A stretch of DNA of 64,000 bases, taken from assembly GCF_014384805.1 (NCBI RefSeq), contig NZ_JACRSS010000001.1:817037-881036 (forward strand). Reading direction: 5' to 3'. The DNA is from Guopingia tenuis (lineage in GTDB: Bacteria > Bacillota > Clostridia > Christensenellales > Christensenellaceae). A model generated the notes under the pieces. The model was given only the letters and a program-made list of their open reading frames with translations, was not told the DNA's origin and did no database searches. The position numbers and the translations under genes are program-made. Every line of letters begins with the position of its first letter. Position 1 is the first letter of the stretch. This document shows positions 1-11,396 of this stretch, one piece after another.

Positions 1-157
1 GATCTTTGTCAATGGCGATGAGCTGTCCTTTGGAATTTTTAAGAATCCCCTCGGAATGACCGCCGCCGCCCAGCGTCCCGTCCACAAAAATGCGGCCGTC
101 TGCCAGCGGAAGCGCCTCCATACACTCGCGGTAGAGAACGCTGTAGTGCCCGCTCAT
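1..157 (-). CDS. rsmH: 16S rRNA (cytosine1402-N4)-methyltransferase RsmH, N-terminal part; the gene continues beyond the window start
   Basis: Reverse-complement of 1-157 translates [40 protein letters not shown]..., a typical RsmH N-terminus. The ATG at 155-157 overlaps the mraZ stop, matching the dcw-cluster order mraZ-rsmH. Confidence 0.8.
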   Translation of the reverse strand, partial: MSGHYSVLYRECMEALPLADGRIFVDGTLGGGGHSEGILKNSKGQLIAIDKD

Positions 158-585
158 ATGCCAAGCTCCGCCAGCTTTTCCAGCGTCGCTTCATAGTCCT
201 CGCTGGACTGTTCGTTATATTCCTTCCAGCTCTCGGCTGCCCAAAGCTCCACCCGGCTCATGACGCCGATGGCGACAACTTCCTTTGTGAAGCCCGCATA
301 ATCCCGAAGGCGTGCCGGCAAAAGAATACGGCCCTGCTTGTCCGGTTCACATTCGCAGGCCGATGCAAACAGCATGCGGAGAAAAACCTGGGCCTTCTGA
401 TCCGTGATGGGAATGGTCTTGAGTTTCTGAGCAAATTCCATCCAAACATTTTGCTCAAACACAAATAGGCATTTTCCAATGCCTCTGCTCACAATAAACT
501 TTTCTCCCAGCTCTTCCCGGAATTTGGCGGGCATGAACACCCGTCCCTTGGGGTCGAGGCTATGGGAATACTCGCCTATCAGCAA
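154..585 (-). CDS. mraZ: Transcriptional regulator MraZ. Likely TTG start at 585 giving 143 aa; the ORF-track start at 627 is a GTG.
   Basis: Translation ...[31 protein letters not shown]... matches the MraZ duplicated-domain family. GGGGGA lies 7 nt upstream of the TTG. Position directly upstream of rsmH. Confidence 0.8.
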   Translation of the reverse strand: MLIGEYSHSLDPKGRVFMPAKFREELGEKFIVSRGIGKCLFVFEQNVWMEFAQKLKTIPITDQKAQVFLRMLFASACECEPDKQGRILLPARLRDYAGFTKEVVAIGVMSRVELWAAESWKEYNEQSSEDYEATLEKLAELGI

Positions 586-617
586 CTTTGCGTCCCCCAG
601 CAACAATTTTGGTGAGT

Positions 618-647
618 TTTCCACCACTTTTAAACACTTCTCACCAC
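618..647 (-). promoter_or_regulatory. Candidate MraZ operator: three GTGG/GTGT direct repeats at 10-bp spacing upstream of mraZ
   Basis: Minus strand reads GTGGTGAGAA GTGTTTAAAA GTGGTGGAAA, 30-65 nt upstream of the proposed TTG start. Resembles the MraZ-box arrays described in other bacteria. Confidence 0.45.
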
Positions 648-1133
648 TCTGGATATATATTCGCTATATTTTTTTGAATTCCTGCCTTCTCATGGAAAAT
701 TTATATCTTTTTTTCTTTCCTTCTTTTTCCATTGTCCATGGCCTTTTTTCCCTGCTTTCAGTGTCCAGGGAACAGATCTGGCGCTGTTCCCCTTTTTCTC
801 TGCCGTTCAATCGCCCCGATCCAATGTTTTTTCGGATATATCCCATATTCCCATGCAGCATTCCAGGACATGTGTTTTTCACAGCCTCTCATTTTTGCCG
901 CCGGATTGTTCCCGGGTTCCCTGTCCCGCATCTCTTTCTCGGCTGCGGAAAGCAAAATAGGGCGGGATTCTTTCGGTTTCCTTTGCCATGCGTTATTTTT
1001 CTTGCCTCTATCCGGCGGAACCCTGTTCCCTTTCCCCATAATCCTTGTTATAATGAATCTAATAAAGTGCATCCATCTTTTGGATGCTTCCCAGGCAAAA
1101 AGCAGTACGCATATTTTTGAAAGGAGAATTCCT

Positions 1134-2078
1134 ATGTTTGATGTAGTCTCTATCGGCGAGGTGTTGATCGATTTTTCCCCCAATGGCAAGGGAAAGATGG
1201 GAAATCCCAGCTTTGAAATGAATCCGGGCGGCGCGCCGGCAAACTGTCTTGCCGCCAACACCAAATTGGGCGGCTCCACTGCCTTTATCGGCATGGTGGG
1301 GGACGACCTGTTTGGCAACTTTTTAATCAAGGTGCTGGATGACACGGGAATCTGCACCAAGGGCGTTGTGAAAACAAAAAAGGCGGCGACTACCCTGGCT
1401 TTTGTCACCATTGACGATACCGGAGACCGGGATTTCGCCTTTGTCCGCAAGCCGGGCGCCGATTTCATGATTGAAAAGGAAGATATCGATCTTTCCATCA
1501 TTGACGATTCCAAGATCCTGCACTGCGGCTCCATCACCCTTTCGGATGATCCTGGCCGCAGCTCCCAGCTCTACGCCATGGACTATGCCAAAAAGGCAGG
1601 CAAGCTCATCTCCTATGACCCCAACTACCGGGAGCTGATCTGGAATGACGAGCCCAAGGCCATTCGCATGATGAAGGAAGCCCTGCAATATGCCGATATC
1701 GTCAAGGTTTCTGAGGAAGAGCTGGCCATGCTCACCGGATGTTCCATCGACGACTACGAAACAGGCGCCCGGCAGATCCTTGATTCCGGAAAGACAGCGG
1801 TATTTGTGACCATGGGCGGCAAAGGCTCCTATTATCTCACCCAGGACGAGCACGGTTTCTTCCCGGGTTTCCGGGTAGACGCTGTTGATACCACCGGCTG
1901 CGGCGATGCCTTCATGGGCACCATTCACTATTTCTTCTGCCACCATCCGGAAATGAAGGTTTCGGAAATGGTGCGCTATGCTTCTGCGGTCGGCGCGCTT
2001 TGCGCATCCGCCGTGGGCGCGATTCCTGCCCTGCCCACCATGCAGCAGGTGGAGGATTTTCTCGCTTCGCGAAAATAA
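1134..2078 (+). CDS. PfkB-family carbohydrate kinase (fructokinase-like), 314 aa
   Basis: RBS AAGGAGAA 6 nt before the ATG at 1134. N-terminal glycine-rich MFDVVSIGEVLIDF, internal NPGGAPANC motif and C-terminal DTTGCGDAF motif match the ribokinase/PfkB family. Confidence 0.85.
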   Translation: MFDVVSIGEVLIDFSPNGKGKMGNPSFEMNPGGAPANCLAANTKLGGSTAFIGMVGDDLFGNFLIKVLDDTGICTKGVVKTKKAATTLAFVTIDDTGDRDFAFVRKPGADFMIEKEDIDLSIIDDSKILHCGSITLSDDPGRSSQLYAMDYAKKAGKLISYDPNYRELIWNDEPKAIRMMKEALQYADIVKVSEEELAMLTGCSIDDYETGARQILDSGKTAVFVTMGGKGSYYLTQDEHGFFPGFRVDAVDTTGCGDAFMGTIHYFFCHHPEMKVSEMVRYASAVGALCASAVGAIPALPTMQQVEDFLASRK

Positions 2079-2097
2079 AAACGCCCCCACAGCAAAA

Positions 2098-2131
2098 ACT
2101 GGGTCCGGAATCCACCGGGCCCGTTTTTTTG
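2098..2131 (+). terminator. Rho-independent terminator after the fructokinase gene
   Basis: Stem GGGTCCGG / CCGGGCCC followed by TTTTTTT. Confidence 0.5.
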
Positions 2132-2332
2132 AGCCGAATATTTTATGCGGATATATCATAAATATTCCTGCGAAAAAAGGCGCTTTGCCGCAAATCCCGT
2201 CATATGACAAAAACACCGCAAAACAGCCCCGGAACCGCCGGCTTTTTTCCGCCATCCGACATCTTTTCCTCTCTGCCTTATGGATAATAGGGGTATACCG
2301 CAGCAGCGGTAAAACTTGCGGAGGTGAAAACC

Positions 2333-2746
2333 ATGGGAATCAAGCGTAAGACACAGCCGGACGACAGTGAAAAAATTCGTCAGCTGACCATAGATTATGA
2401 GAAAGTGACAAAAGAACAGAAGGAGCGCATCATGGCTCTCCGGGAAGAAAATCAGGAGCTGCAAAAACGTCTGCAAAGCTATGAGGAAAGCCGCCATGCC
2501 ATTGCTCAGGCGCTTTTGGATGCGGAACGTGCCGGCCGTGCCATTATCGAGCGCGCCAAGGAGCAGGCGGAGCGGGTAACCCGGGAGGCCAATGAGCAAA
2601 AAAGAAAGTCCGAGGAACGCGTTCAGCAAAATACGCTGCTCTTGCAGGATCTTTCCAATCGCTGCGAAACCATCTTAAAAGGTATCGAGGCGGAATTACA
2701 GCCCGCGCCCCGTTCCTTTTCCCTGGGGCTTGTTTCCTCCAAATAA
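2333..2746 (+). CDS. Coiled-coil protein, possibly DivIVA-like, 137 aa
   Basis: RBS GGAGGTG 6 nt before the ATG at 2333. Strongly charged heptad-rich sequence (EQKERIMALREENQELQKRLQSYEE...). The family assignment is weak. Confidence 0.4.
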   Translation: MGIKRKTQPDDSEKIRQLTIDYEKVTKEQKERIMALREENQELQKRLQSYEESRHAIAQALLDAERAGRAIIERAKEQAERVTREANEQKRKSEERVQQNTLLLQDLSNRCETILKGIEAELQPAPRSFSLGLVSSK

Positions 2747-2798
2747 TTTTTTGCAATATCGTATCATCAATTTTCTATAAGAATTGCCTGGCCAAAGA

Positions 2799-2832
2799 AA
2801 AGAGGGGTTTCCGCTGGAAATCCCTCTTTTCC
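2799..2832. terminator. Hairpin terminator between the convergent genes
   Basis: GAGGGGTTTCC-GCTG-GGAAATCCCTC followed by TTTT. Confidence 0.4.
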
Positions 2833-3311
2833 TGTCCCATCCGTTTAAAGCCCCGCTCTCCGGCAGGGACAAAGATCCTGTTCCCGCCTAGCCAGGCCAC
2901 AGCAGGCGCTTTTCAGAATCATTTTATGTCCATCCTACCCACGCCCGGAAAGCGCCTTGGAGAAGCTGTTTTTGACGCCGCATCCCGAAACGTATTCCAC
3001 TCCCTACTTTCCCCCTGCTGCTTGCAGGCGGACACTTCCATTTTCGATCGACAGATGTATTCGCAAATTTCCGATTCTCGCCATTGCTATCCAGTCAGTC
3101 CCCACATGCTAAGACTGCCTGGCTCCATCCTTCCATCTGCGTCGCATTGAAAATGACGGGCTTAATCCCCCCTCGCTGCCTTTTGGGGATGTGTCCATCC
3201 TCTATCTCAAAGTGCTTTATGCGCTCCATAACCAGGCGCCTTCCCGTGTGTCCGGTATTTCGCAGAGAATGAAAAGAGCCGCCCTGGCGGACGGCCCTTC
3301 CCATAATTTTA

Positions 3312-5432
3312 TTACAATACTCTTAAACCCTTAATGAAGTGGGACTTCCAATAGCTATTGGACTGGATATTGGAGCAGATACGAATCTTTCCATCGCTGG
3401 AGGAAGCATCGATCATCTGTCCGCCGCCCAAATAGATTCCCACATGCCCTTTGAAGCTGACAATATCGCCTCTCTGGAGCTTGCTCATGCTGGTAACTAC
3501 CGGATATTTGGTGGTAGAGGCCCAGCCGGCCGATGTCATATATCCCTGCTTCACGCCAATCTGCTTCAGGCACCAATATACAAAACCAGAGCAGTCGAAC
3601 CTATCGGGGCCCTTCGCGCCCAGGACATATTTGCAGCCCAGGCGGGATTTCGCCACCTTGATCAGGGATTCCACATCCTGCGCATCCGCAGACGGCACAC
3701 TTGTTGACGGCTTGGAAGAGCCCGAACTCGAAGAAGGTTTGCTCGGCTTCTTCGTAGAACTGGAGCCGGAAGAAGAAGAGGAGGAAGATCCACTGGCCGC
3801 CTTCTTCGCGTTATCCGAGAAGAGAACCTGGTTGGTCTGCGGTCCCACTTTACCGTCTACAGTCAAGCCGTTGCGCTGCTGGAACTTGCGTACTGCCTTT
3901 TCGGTATCCGAGCCATAATAGCCGGTCGAATTCTTTAAATAATTCAGTTCCACCAAGCGCTGCTGCACCTTTTCCACATCCGAACCACTGGTTCCAATGA
4001 GCAGAGCGTTAATCTGCGCCTCACTCGAGAAGAGCGCATCTTCCGTGAGCGGGCCCAGGGCACCGTCGGCGATCAAACCGTTACGTTCCTGGAAGCGGCG
4101 CACTGCCTGCACAGTTTCCGAGCCATAATAGCCGGTCGCCTCCGAGGAGAGATATCCCAGCTTCCGCAGGCGTTCCTGCACCTGGGTTACCTTATCGCTC
4201 TTTTCGCCGTATTTGATGGAATTGGCCTTCGCCTCTTCCGAATAGAGCATCTCACGCGTCTCGGTTCCAATGGTGCCGTCTGCCGAGAGGCCGTTGGCTT
4301 CTTGGAATTTCTTCACCGCCGCGGTCGTATCGGTGCCGTAGTAGCTGGTCACCTTATCCAGATATCCCAGCTCCCGCAGGCGGATCTGCAGTTCCTGCAC
4401 ATCCTGGCCAGAAATCCCTTCGGATACACTGTATTTCTGAGCCTGATCCGAGAACAGGAGATTCCATTCTTCCTGGGTCAGGTTGCCGTCGATCTCCAAA
4501 TTATGCTTGCGCTCAAAGAGCTGGAGGGAAGCCTTGGTCGTCGGCCCAAAGAGCTGGGTCGGCTCGTCATTATCCATATAACCAAGCTCCATCAGCCGCG
4601 TCTGCAGCTGCGTCACCTGCTCATTTTCATCGCCCTTTTGAAGAATATAGGCGCTGGTAGGCGATGGCTCAGGAGTCAATGTCTCCGTCGGAGCAGAGGA
4701 AACCGCTGTCTCTTCCGGGGTCTGGGTCGGCTCGTCGTTGTCCGCAACCTTCTCAGATTTTTCCACTGCCAGCACGGCCGCCGGTTCCGCTTCACCGTTA
4801 TCCCCCCCCGCCGGCTGGCCAGCAGAAGAGACTACGATAGGAGCCATAATGCACACTACCAGAGCAGCCGCAATGGCCGCCGTCCGTTTTTTCGTGAACC
4901 AGGAGAATACATGGTCATTCTTGCCGCGGAAGTTCTTCCACCATGCGGCAATGTTATTACGCTTCTTTACCTTAACAGCCGGGGTACTGGCCACCGCTGC
5001 GGGCGCATTTTGCTTCGCAACCTTGCGGTTTTCCATTTTGCGCTTCATGGAAGCTGCCATACTGGTGCAGCCGTCCTTGCAGGCCGCCCATCCTGCGGCA
5101 ATCCCTTTGCCCATCTGGGCAAAGACATTCCGTCCGGCTTTCGCCTTCACCCGCTTTTCCCGAACCTCCACTGAGGCTTGGGCCACGGGAAGCGTCTTAG
5201 GCGCCTTTTTTGCGGCCGCAAACCGAATGCCCTTCATGGATTTTTTCTCCATCGTATATACAGGCACTTCTCTTGCCCCACTGCTTTGCCGCCGTGTCAC
5301 ATGGCTGCCTTTCAGGGCGCGGTCGCGTCTCTTTTTCCTTACGTTGTTCGAAAAGGTTTTCCGAATGGAAACAATCGCGTCTGCGGTTTTGTCAGAAAGA
5401 CGATCAAAAAAACCGCTGGTACTCTTTTTCAC
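3312..5432 (-). CDS. Cell-wall hydrolase with a C-terminal NlpC/P60 peptidase domain, five peptidoglycan-binding repeats, a Ser-rich linker, one TM segment and a ~190-aa basic cytoplasmic N-terminus, 706 aa. An alternative start is the internal MEKKSMKGI.
   Basis: C-terminal motif ...LGCKYVLGAKGPDRFDCSGFVYWC...GHVGIYLGGG (NlpC/P60 catalytic Cys/His). Repeats of ~60 aa, ...LQ.RL.ELGY...YYG.DT..AV..FQ..NGL..DG..G..T..., match PG_binding_1. A hydrophobic stretch AAIAAALVVCIMAPIVV forms the TM segment. Confidence 0.8.
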   Translation of the reverse strand: MKKSTSGFFDRLSDKTADAIVSIRKTFSNNVRKKRRDRALKGSHVTRRQSSGAREVPVYTMEKKSMKGIRFAAAKKAPKTLPVAQASVEVREKRVKAKAGRNVFAQMGKGIAAGWAACKDGCTSMAASMKRKMENRKVAKQNAPAAVASTPAVKVKKRNNIAAWWKNFRGKNDHVFSWFTKKRTAAIAAALVVCIMAPIVVSSAGQPAGGDNGEAEPAAVLAVEKSEKVADNDEPTQTPEETAVSSAPTETLTPEPSPTSAYILQKGDENEQVTQLQTRLMELGYMDNDEPTQLFGPTTKASLQLFERKHNLEIDGNLTQEEWNLLFSDQAQKYSVSEGISGQDVQELQIRLRELGYLDKVTSYYGTDTTAAVKKFQEANGLSADGTIGTETREMLYSEEAKANSIKYGEKSDKVTQVQERLRKLGYLSSEATGYYGSETVQAVRRFQERNGLIADGALGPLTEDALFSSEAQINALLIGTSGSDVEKVQQRLVELNYLKNSTGYYGSDTEKAVRKFQQRNGLTVDGKVGPQTNQVLFSDNAKKAASGSSSSSSSGSSSTKKPSKPSSSSGSSKPSTSVPSADAQDVESLIKVAKSRLGCKYVLGAKGPDRFDCSGFVYWCLKQIGVKQGYMTSAGWASTTKYPVVTSMSKLQRGDIVSFKGHVGIYLGGGQMIDASSSDGKIRICSNIQSNSYWKSHFIKGLRVL

Positions 5433-6001
5433 CTTCTCATTCCTTCCCCCAGATTTCTCTGGTTTGTTTTATTTGTTACTGCCATTATACTATAATTTTT
5501 CCGTTTTGCACAGTATTTTATTACATTTTTTTAATAATCGCGTAATTTCTTGGATGGAACCCCTGTTTTTTCCCATTGCAAAGGCGTTTCCGAATTGTGA
5601 ACAAAGCGTAAACAATTCATTTTTTACGAATTTTCTCCGGACATACCCTCACTTATCTGGAAAATTTTCGGGAATCCTTTTTCCTGCAGCAATGCAAAAC
5701 ATGGAGTGGAAAAAATATTCTTTGACGTTTACAACAATTCAAATTTATTATATCAAATGAATTACAAAAAAGCAATCCTTTCCCCGATTTTCTCCATAAA
5801 GTATTACAGGCAAAACCGGGATGTGCGAAACCCGGGCCTTTCAGATATGGATAAGGCGCCGTACATTTCTCAAACTGCGGGATAGCGGCGCCTTCCTGAA
5901 CCCTGGCCGCTTATACTGTTTTCCCGCAGAATATCCGCCGTCCTCCTTTTTTTAATCTTATGGCAATAGCCATGTAATTCCTTAAAAACAACCCGAATTT
6001 C

Positions 6002-6040
6002 AAAAAAACCGGAAGAGCGCTTTTGCACTCTTCCGGTTTA
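6002..6040 (-). terminator. groEL terminator (bidirectional hairpin)
   Basis: AACCGGAAGAG ... CTCTTCCGGTT with flanking A-run and T-run. Confidence 0.5.
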
Positions 6041-6070
6041 TCGTTTTTTCCTTTCGCGGAAAACCCTTTA

Positions 6071-7723
<1,653 letters not shown>

Positions 7724-7731
7724 TTAAGGGT

Positions 7732-8016
7732 TTATTCCACAACCGCCAGAATATCCGCCTGTTTGACGATGATCAGATCCTCGCCGTCGATTTTGACTTC
7801 TGTACCCGCATATTTGGAATAGATGACATGATCTCCCACCTTCACATGCATTTCAACGTCCTTGCCGTCTACATTTCCGCCCGGGCCAACTGCCAGAACT
7901 TCCGCCATCTGCGGCTTTTCCTTTGCGCTTCCCGGAAGAACGATGCCGCTCTTTGTGGTTTCCTCCACTTCCAGAGATTTGATTACGACTCTGTCTGCCA
8001 ACGGTTTTACCTTCAT
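7732..8016 (-). CDS. groES: Co-chaperonin GroES, 94 aa
   Basis: MKVKPLADRVVIKSLEVEETTKSGIVLPGSAKEKPQMAEVLAVGPG.... RBS GGAGGG. The ORF-track start at 8064 is an upstream extension. Confidence 0.95.
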   Translation of the reverse strand: MKVKPLADRVVIKSLEVEETTKSGIVLPGSAKEKPQMAEVLAVGPGGNVDGKDVEMHVKVGDHVIYSKYAGTEVKIDGEDLIIVKQADILAVVE

Positions 8017-8086
8017 AATGAAAACCCTCCTTAAAATAAAATCCTTCGTATCCCGTGCTTCCACGGTTTTCCTCTTTCTGGATTTA

Positions 8087-8113
8087 TTAGCACTCGCAAA
8101 TAGTGAGTGCTAA
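8087..8113 (-). promoter_or_regulatory. CIRCE element (HrcA operator) of the groESL operon
   Basis: TTAGCACTC-gcaaatagt-GAGTGCTAA, a perfect 9-N9-9 inverted repeat matching the CIRCE consensus, located between a candidate promoter and the groES RBS. Confidence 0.9.
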
Positions 8114-8124
8114 TAACAAATTCT

Positions 8125-8152
8125 ATTATAGTAAAGTCGGAGAATAATACAA
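8125..8152 (-). promoter_or_regulatory. Candidate sigma-A promoter of groESL
   Basis: Minus strand reads TTGTAT-16 nt-TATAAT, ending about 9 nt before CIRCE. Confidence 0.4.
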
Positions 8153-8428
8153 CAGCTAAAATTCTTCGTTTTTTCCATTTATTTAAAATTATATTTTTAT
8201 ATCTAATGTTTTCTTCATTTTGCTTGTGTTTTTATATACCATTTTCTTAAAATGGCTGTTTTATGGGAAAAAATGGCCGCTGCCGCTTCCCGCATTTGTT
8301 ACGAAATCGTGAATTCTTCAAAAATGCTTTTTCCCGTCTCCGGAGCCTGTTGCATCCCTCTACCGTTCCCACTCTTGTTATGCTATAATTCTTTTTAACA
8401 CACGCAAAAATAAAATAAGGGGGTACCT

Positions 8429-8725
8429 ATGAGCATAACCATTCATTTATATTATACGGGACAGGCCGGCAGCGCCCGGCTTTTTGCGGAAGAAATGATG
8501 TCCAGTGGAGTTGTCCAGGCTGTCCGTGCAGAACCGGGAAACGAAAGATATGAATATTTTTTTCCAATGGAGGATCCGGAAACCGTCCTCTTGATCGACC
8601 GCTGGCGCGATTCCCATGCCCTTGACCTTCATCATCAGTCCGAAATGATGAGGCAGATCGCCGCTCTACGGGAAAAATATAAGCTCCGCCTGCGGGTGGA
8701 GCGGTATACCGATGCTCCCAAATAG
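8429..8725 (+). CDS. Antibiotic-biosynthesis-monooxygenase (ABM) domain protein, 98 aa
   Basis: Size and sequence pattern MSITIHLYY...RYEYFFPMEDPETVLLIDRWRDSHALDLHHQSE match the ferredoxin-like ABM family. RBS AAGGGGG. Confidence 0.65.
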   Translation: MSITIHLYYTGQAGSARLFAEEMMSSGVVQAVRAEPGNERYEYFFPMEDPETVLLIDRWRDSHALDLHHQSEMMRQIAALREKYKLRLRVERYTDAPK

Positions 8726-9087
8726 GAAGATAAACCTCGGGAAACTCTGGGCGGGCCGAGGCAACGCGCAAAAATATACTGCGGCCTATTTGCATTGCGG
8801 CCCATCCCTCTATCCGAAATAGGAACGCTATGCGTGAAAATTTCTGCGCACGATCTGGTGCAGCCGGCCGCTTTTTAGCTGCGGCTGTGGATGATCTCTT
8901 CCGGGAAGCGGCTCCCTTTCTCCGGAGCCATACCCTTTGCATTGTTATGCCGGCTCGCTCCTGCCAAGGCAAAATCCCGGGCAGGTCTCCTGAAAAACAG
9001 CGGGACCGCCGCTCCTGTCCTATCCGCGGCACAAAACACATTCCGGCTCTCCGCTAGGACGAAGCCTATACAACGCAGCTCTATACA

Positions 9088-9114
9088 AAAAGCCATCCAA
9101 CCGATGGCTTTTTT
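9088..9114. terminator. Bidirectional terminator downstream of the HAD hydrolase pair
   Basis: AAGCCATC-CAAC-GATGGCTT flanked by an A-run and a T-run. Confidence 0.5.
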
Positions 9115-9166
9115 CCTTGTTTTAGTTTTCATGGTAAAGAGCTGGTTTGCCGCATTTCGCAGCGTT

Positions 9167-9793
9167 TTATTTCTCCGCATCCGTCAGCCGCAGTCCCAAC
9201 GCCGCCGCTTTCTCGAAAATATCCGTCCCCGGCGGCAGAGTGATCGTCTGAAAACCCAGCTCCCGGGCCGCCTGGGTGTTGGCCTCCCGGTCGTCGAAAA
9301 ACAGGGCGTGCTGCGGCACAATCGAATACCGTTCCATCAGCATCCGGTAAATCGCCGGGTCCGGCTTGATGCACCGCGCCTCCCAGGATACGACGCCGCC
9401 GTCAAACTCCGAAAAAAAGTCTGCCCGCTGCCCCCAGAGAATCTCCCAATTCTCCTTTTGAAAATTCGAGAGATAGAACACCCGGCAGCCCGCCGCCTTT
9501 GCCCGCCGCAGGAATCTCACATTCCGGGCGATGGGATTTACATATTCCGTCATATGGCGGATGGCATATTCCGCGGCCTCCTCGTCGCCCGGAACATAGG
9601 ATGCAAACCAACGGGCGCCCTCATCGCGGCTGATATCGCCCCGGTCCAGAGCCTCCCAGAAGCCGGGAATGGGCGGCACTTCCAAAATCTTTTTCCGCGC
9701 CCGGCCGCTCAGCCCCATCTGTTTTAGCGCTTCGGGAAAATCCAGATAGACCAGCACAGAGCCAATGTCAAAAATCAGTGTGTCGGTCTTCAT
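9167..9793 (-). CDS. HAD-superfamily hydrolase (subfamily IA-like), 208 aa
   Basis: N-terminal nucleophile motif LIFDIGSVL (DxG), later YLSNF and the C-terminal FFDDREAN motif. Confidence 0.8.
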   Translation of the reverse strand: MKTDTLIFDIGSVLVYLDFPEALKQMGLSGRARKKILEVPPIPGFWEALDRGDISRDEGARWFASYVPGDEEAAEYAIRHMTEYVNPIARNVRFLRRAKAAGCRVFYLSNFQKENWEILWGQRADFFSEFDGGVVSWEARCIKPDPAIYRMLMERYSIVPQHALFFDDREANTQAARELGFQTITLPPGTDIFEKAAALGLRLTDAEK

Positions 9794-10392
9794 ACGCCAA
9801 AGCCCAGCTCCGCCGTCTCGGCAAACAAATCGGTATCCGGCTTCAGCCAGAGAGTATGGATGCCCAGTTTCTCCGCCGCGCGGATGTTGTTTTCCCGGTC
9901 ATCGATAAACAGCGTGTTCTCCGGCGCCAGGCCATATTTCCCAAGCAGCGTCTGATAAATCTCCGCATCCGGCTTGACCTGATGCACCTGATAGGACACC
10001 ACGCCGCCGTCAAACAGCCGGAAAAAGTCAAAGCGTTCAAAAATGATTTCCCAGTTGCGGTGGGAGTAGTTAGAGAGATAATAGACCTGGTATCCCTTTG
10101 CCTTTGCCGCCCGGAGAAAGCGGGATGTGGGCGTGATCTCCTCCATATAATAGGCCATATGGGTGAAAGCATATTCCGCCTCTTTTTTATAGGTGGGGAT
10201 CATATCAAGATAGATCTTGAGCCCCTCTTCCTCGGTCATAAGGCCCCGGTCCATCTTCTGCCAGAAGGGGCCGCCTTCTTTGATTACATCCAGTTCCTTC
10301 TGCACGGCCTCGCTGTATCCCAAATGTTTGAGAAAGTCCGGATAGTTGAAAGAAACCAAAACCGAACCAATGTCAAAAATAATCGCTTTCAT
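9790..10392 (-). CDS. HAD-superfamily hydrolase, tandem paralog of the previous gene, 200 aa
   Basis: IIFDIGSVLV...YYLSNY...FIDDRENN. Colinear with the downstream paralog and overlaps it by 4 nt. Confidence 0.8.
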   Translation of the reverse strand: MKAIIFDIGSVLVSFNYPDFLKHLGYSEAVQKELDVIKEGGPFWQKMDRGLMTEEEGLKIYLDMIPTYKKEAEYAFTHMAYYMEEITPTSRFLRAAKAKGYQVYYLSNYSHRNWEIIFERFDFFRLFDGGVVSYQVHQVKPDAEIYQTLLGKYGLAPENTLFIDDRENNIRAAEKLGIHTLWLKPDTDLFAETAELGFGV

Positions 10393-10517
10393 ATGATATC
10401 CTTTCTATATTTCACATATACCAGATCTATTGTGTCATAGGAAAGGCGAAAAGTCAAAGATTTTGTGCTATAATTGGGAATAAGCACGGCATAGACTGCA
10501 AGAGGAGGGGTTAGCCC

Positions 10518-11348
10518 ATGAACCGCATTGTTTTAATTACCGGGGGAACCAAGGGAATCGGCCTGGCCGTCGCTCAGGCATTTCTCGCAAAGGGAGACAT
10601 CGTGATCGGCGCGTCCCGGCGCCCGGCAGAGGTCCCCTTCCCCACCCATGCTCTGGATCTTTCCAGCGAGGAATCCATCCGGGAATGCGTCGGCTGGGTC
10701 GCCCGGGAATACGGCCGGATCGATATTCTCGTCAACAGCGCGGGCATGGGCATCGGCGGCCCGCTGGAAGATTATTCGGATGCCCAGCTGCAAAGGGAAT
10801 GCCAGCTGAATTTTATTGGTACCGCCCGGATGATCTGCGCCGTATTGCCATATATGCGCGCCCAGAATGCCGGAAAGATCATCAGCATTGGTTCGGTTGC
10901 CGCCCGCATCCCTATTCCCTTCCAAAGCATGTACAGCGCCTCCAAAGCGGCGCTGGCCTCCATGACCGGGGCGCTACGTCTGGAACTTAAAGGAACGGGG
11001 GTTTCTCTCTGCGTCGTGGAACCGGGGGATACAGCCACCGGCTTCACCGCTGCCCGGGAGTTTGCTGCGGGAACCGGACAACATTCCTGCTATCAGGCGC
11101 CCTGCGAACACGCCTTAAACGCCATGATGCACGATGAAATTCACGGAAAATCGCCGGAAACCGTTGCCCGGGCCGTCGTCCGTCTCGCCGGAAAACGCCG
11201 GATGCCCGCCCGTCGTGTCGTCTGCATGGACTATAAGCTGCTCTGCCTTGCCGCCCGCCTCCTCCCGGTGCGCGTTGTGGAATGGGTTCTGGGCCTGCTC
11301 TATTTAAAAAGTAAAAAAGATGCCGGATACCGCTATGCGAAGAAATAA
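10518..11348 (+). CDS. SDR-family short-chain dehydrogenase/reductase, 276 aa
   Basis: TGGTKGIGLAV Rossmann motif, NSAG, and the catalytic YSASKAAL motif. AGGAGG RBS. Confidence 0.85.
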   Translation: MNRIVLITGGTKGIGLAVAQAFLAKGDIVIGASRRPAEVPFPTHALDLSSEESIRECVGWVAREYGRIDILVNSAGMGIGGPLEDYSDAQLQRECQLNFIGTARMICAVLPYMRAQNAGKIISIGSVAARIPIPFQSMYSASKAALASMTGALRLELKGTGVSLCVVEPGDTATGFTAAREFAAGTGQHSCYQAPCEHALNAMMHDEIHGKSPETVARAVVRLAGKRRMPARRVVCMDYKLLCLAARLLPVRVVEWVLGLLYLKSKKDAGYRYAKK

Positions 11349-11370
11349 TCGTTTCGCTTTAAAGAAAAAA

Positions 11371-11396
11371 CAGGGAAGAAAACTTCCCTGTTTTTT
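11371..11396 (+). terminator. Rho-independent terminator after the SDR gene
   Basis: CAGGGAAG-AAAA-CTTCCCTG followed by TTTTTT. Confidence 0.6.

Noticed and set aside
4302-5760. Plus-strand ORFs of 290 and 340 aa antisense to the NlpC/P60 hydrolase gene
   Set aside because: These are antisense frames of a repeat-rich gene with no RBS or motifs.
8427-9727. ORFs 8427-9041 (minus strand) and 8891-9727 (plus strand) in and around the GC-rich intergenic region between the ABM gene and the HAD genes
   Set aside because: They have no RBS, their composition is typical of non-coding GC-rich sequence, and one overlaps the HAD gene on the opposite strand. The 440-nt gap remains unexplained and may be a degraded gene, but nothing could be supported.
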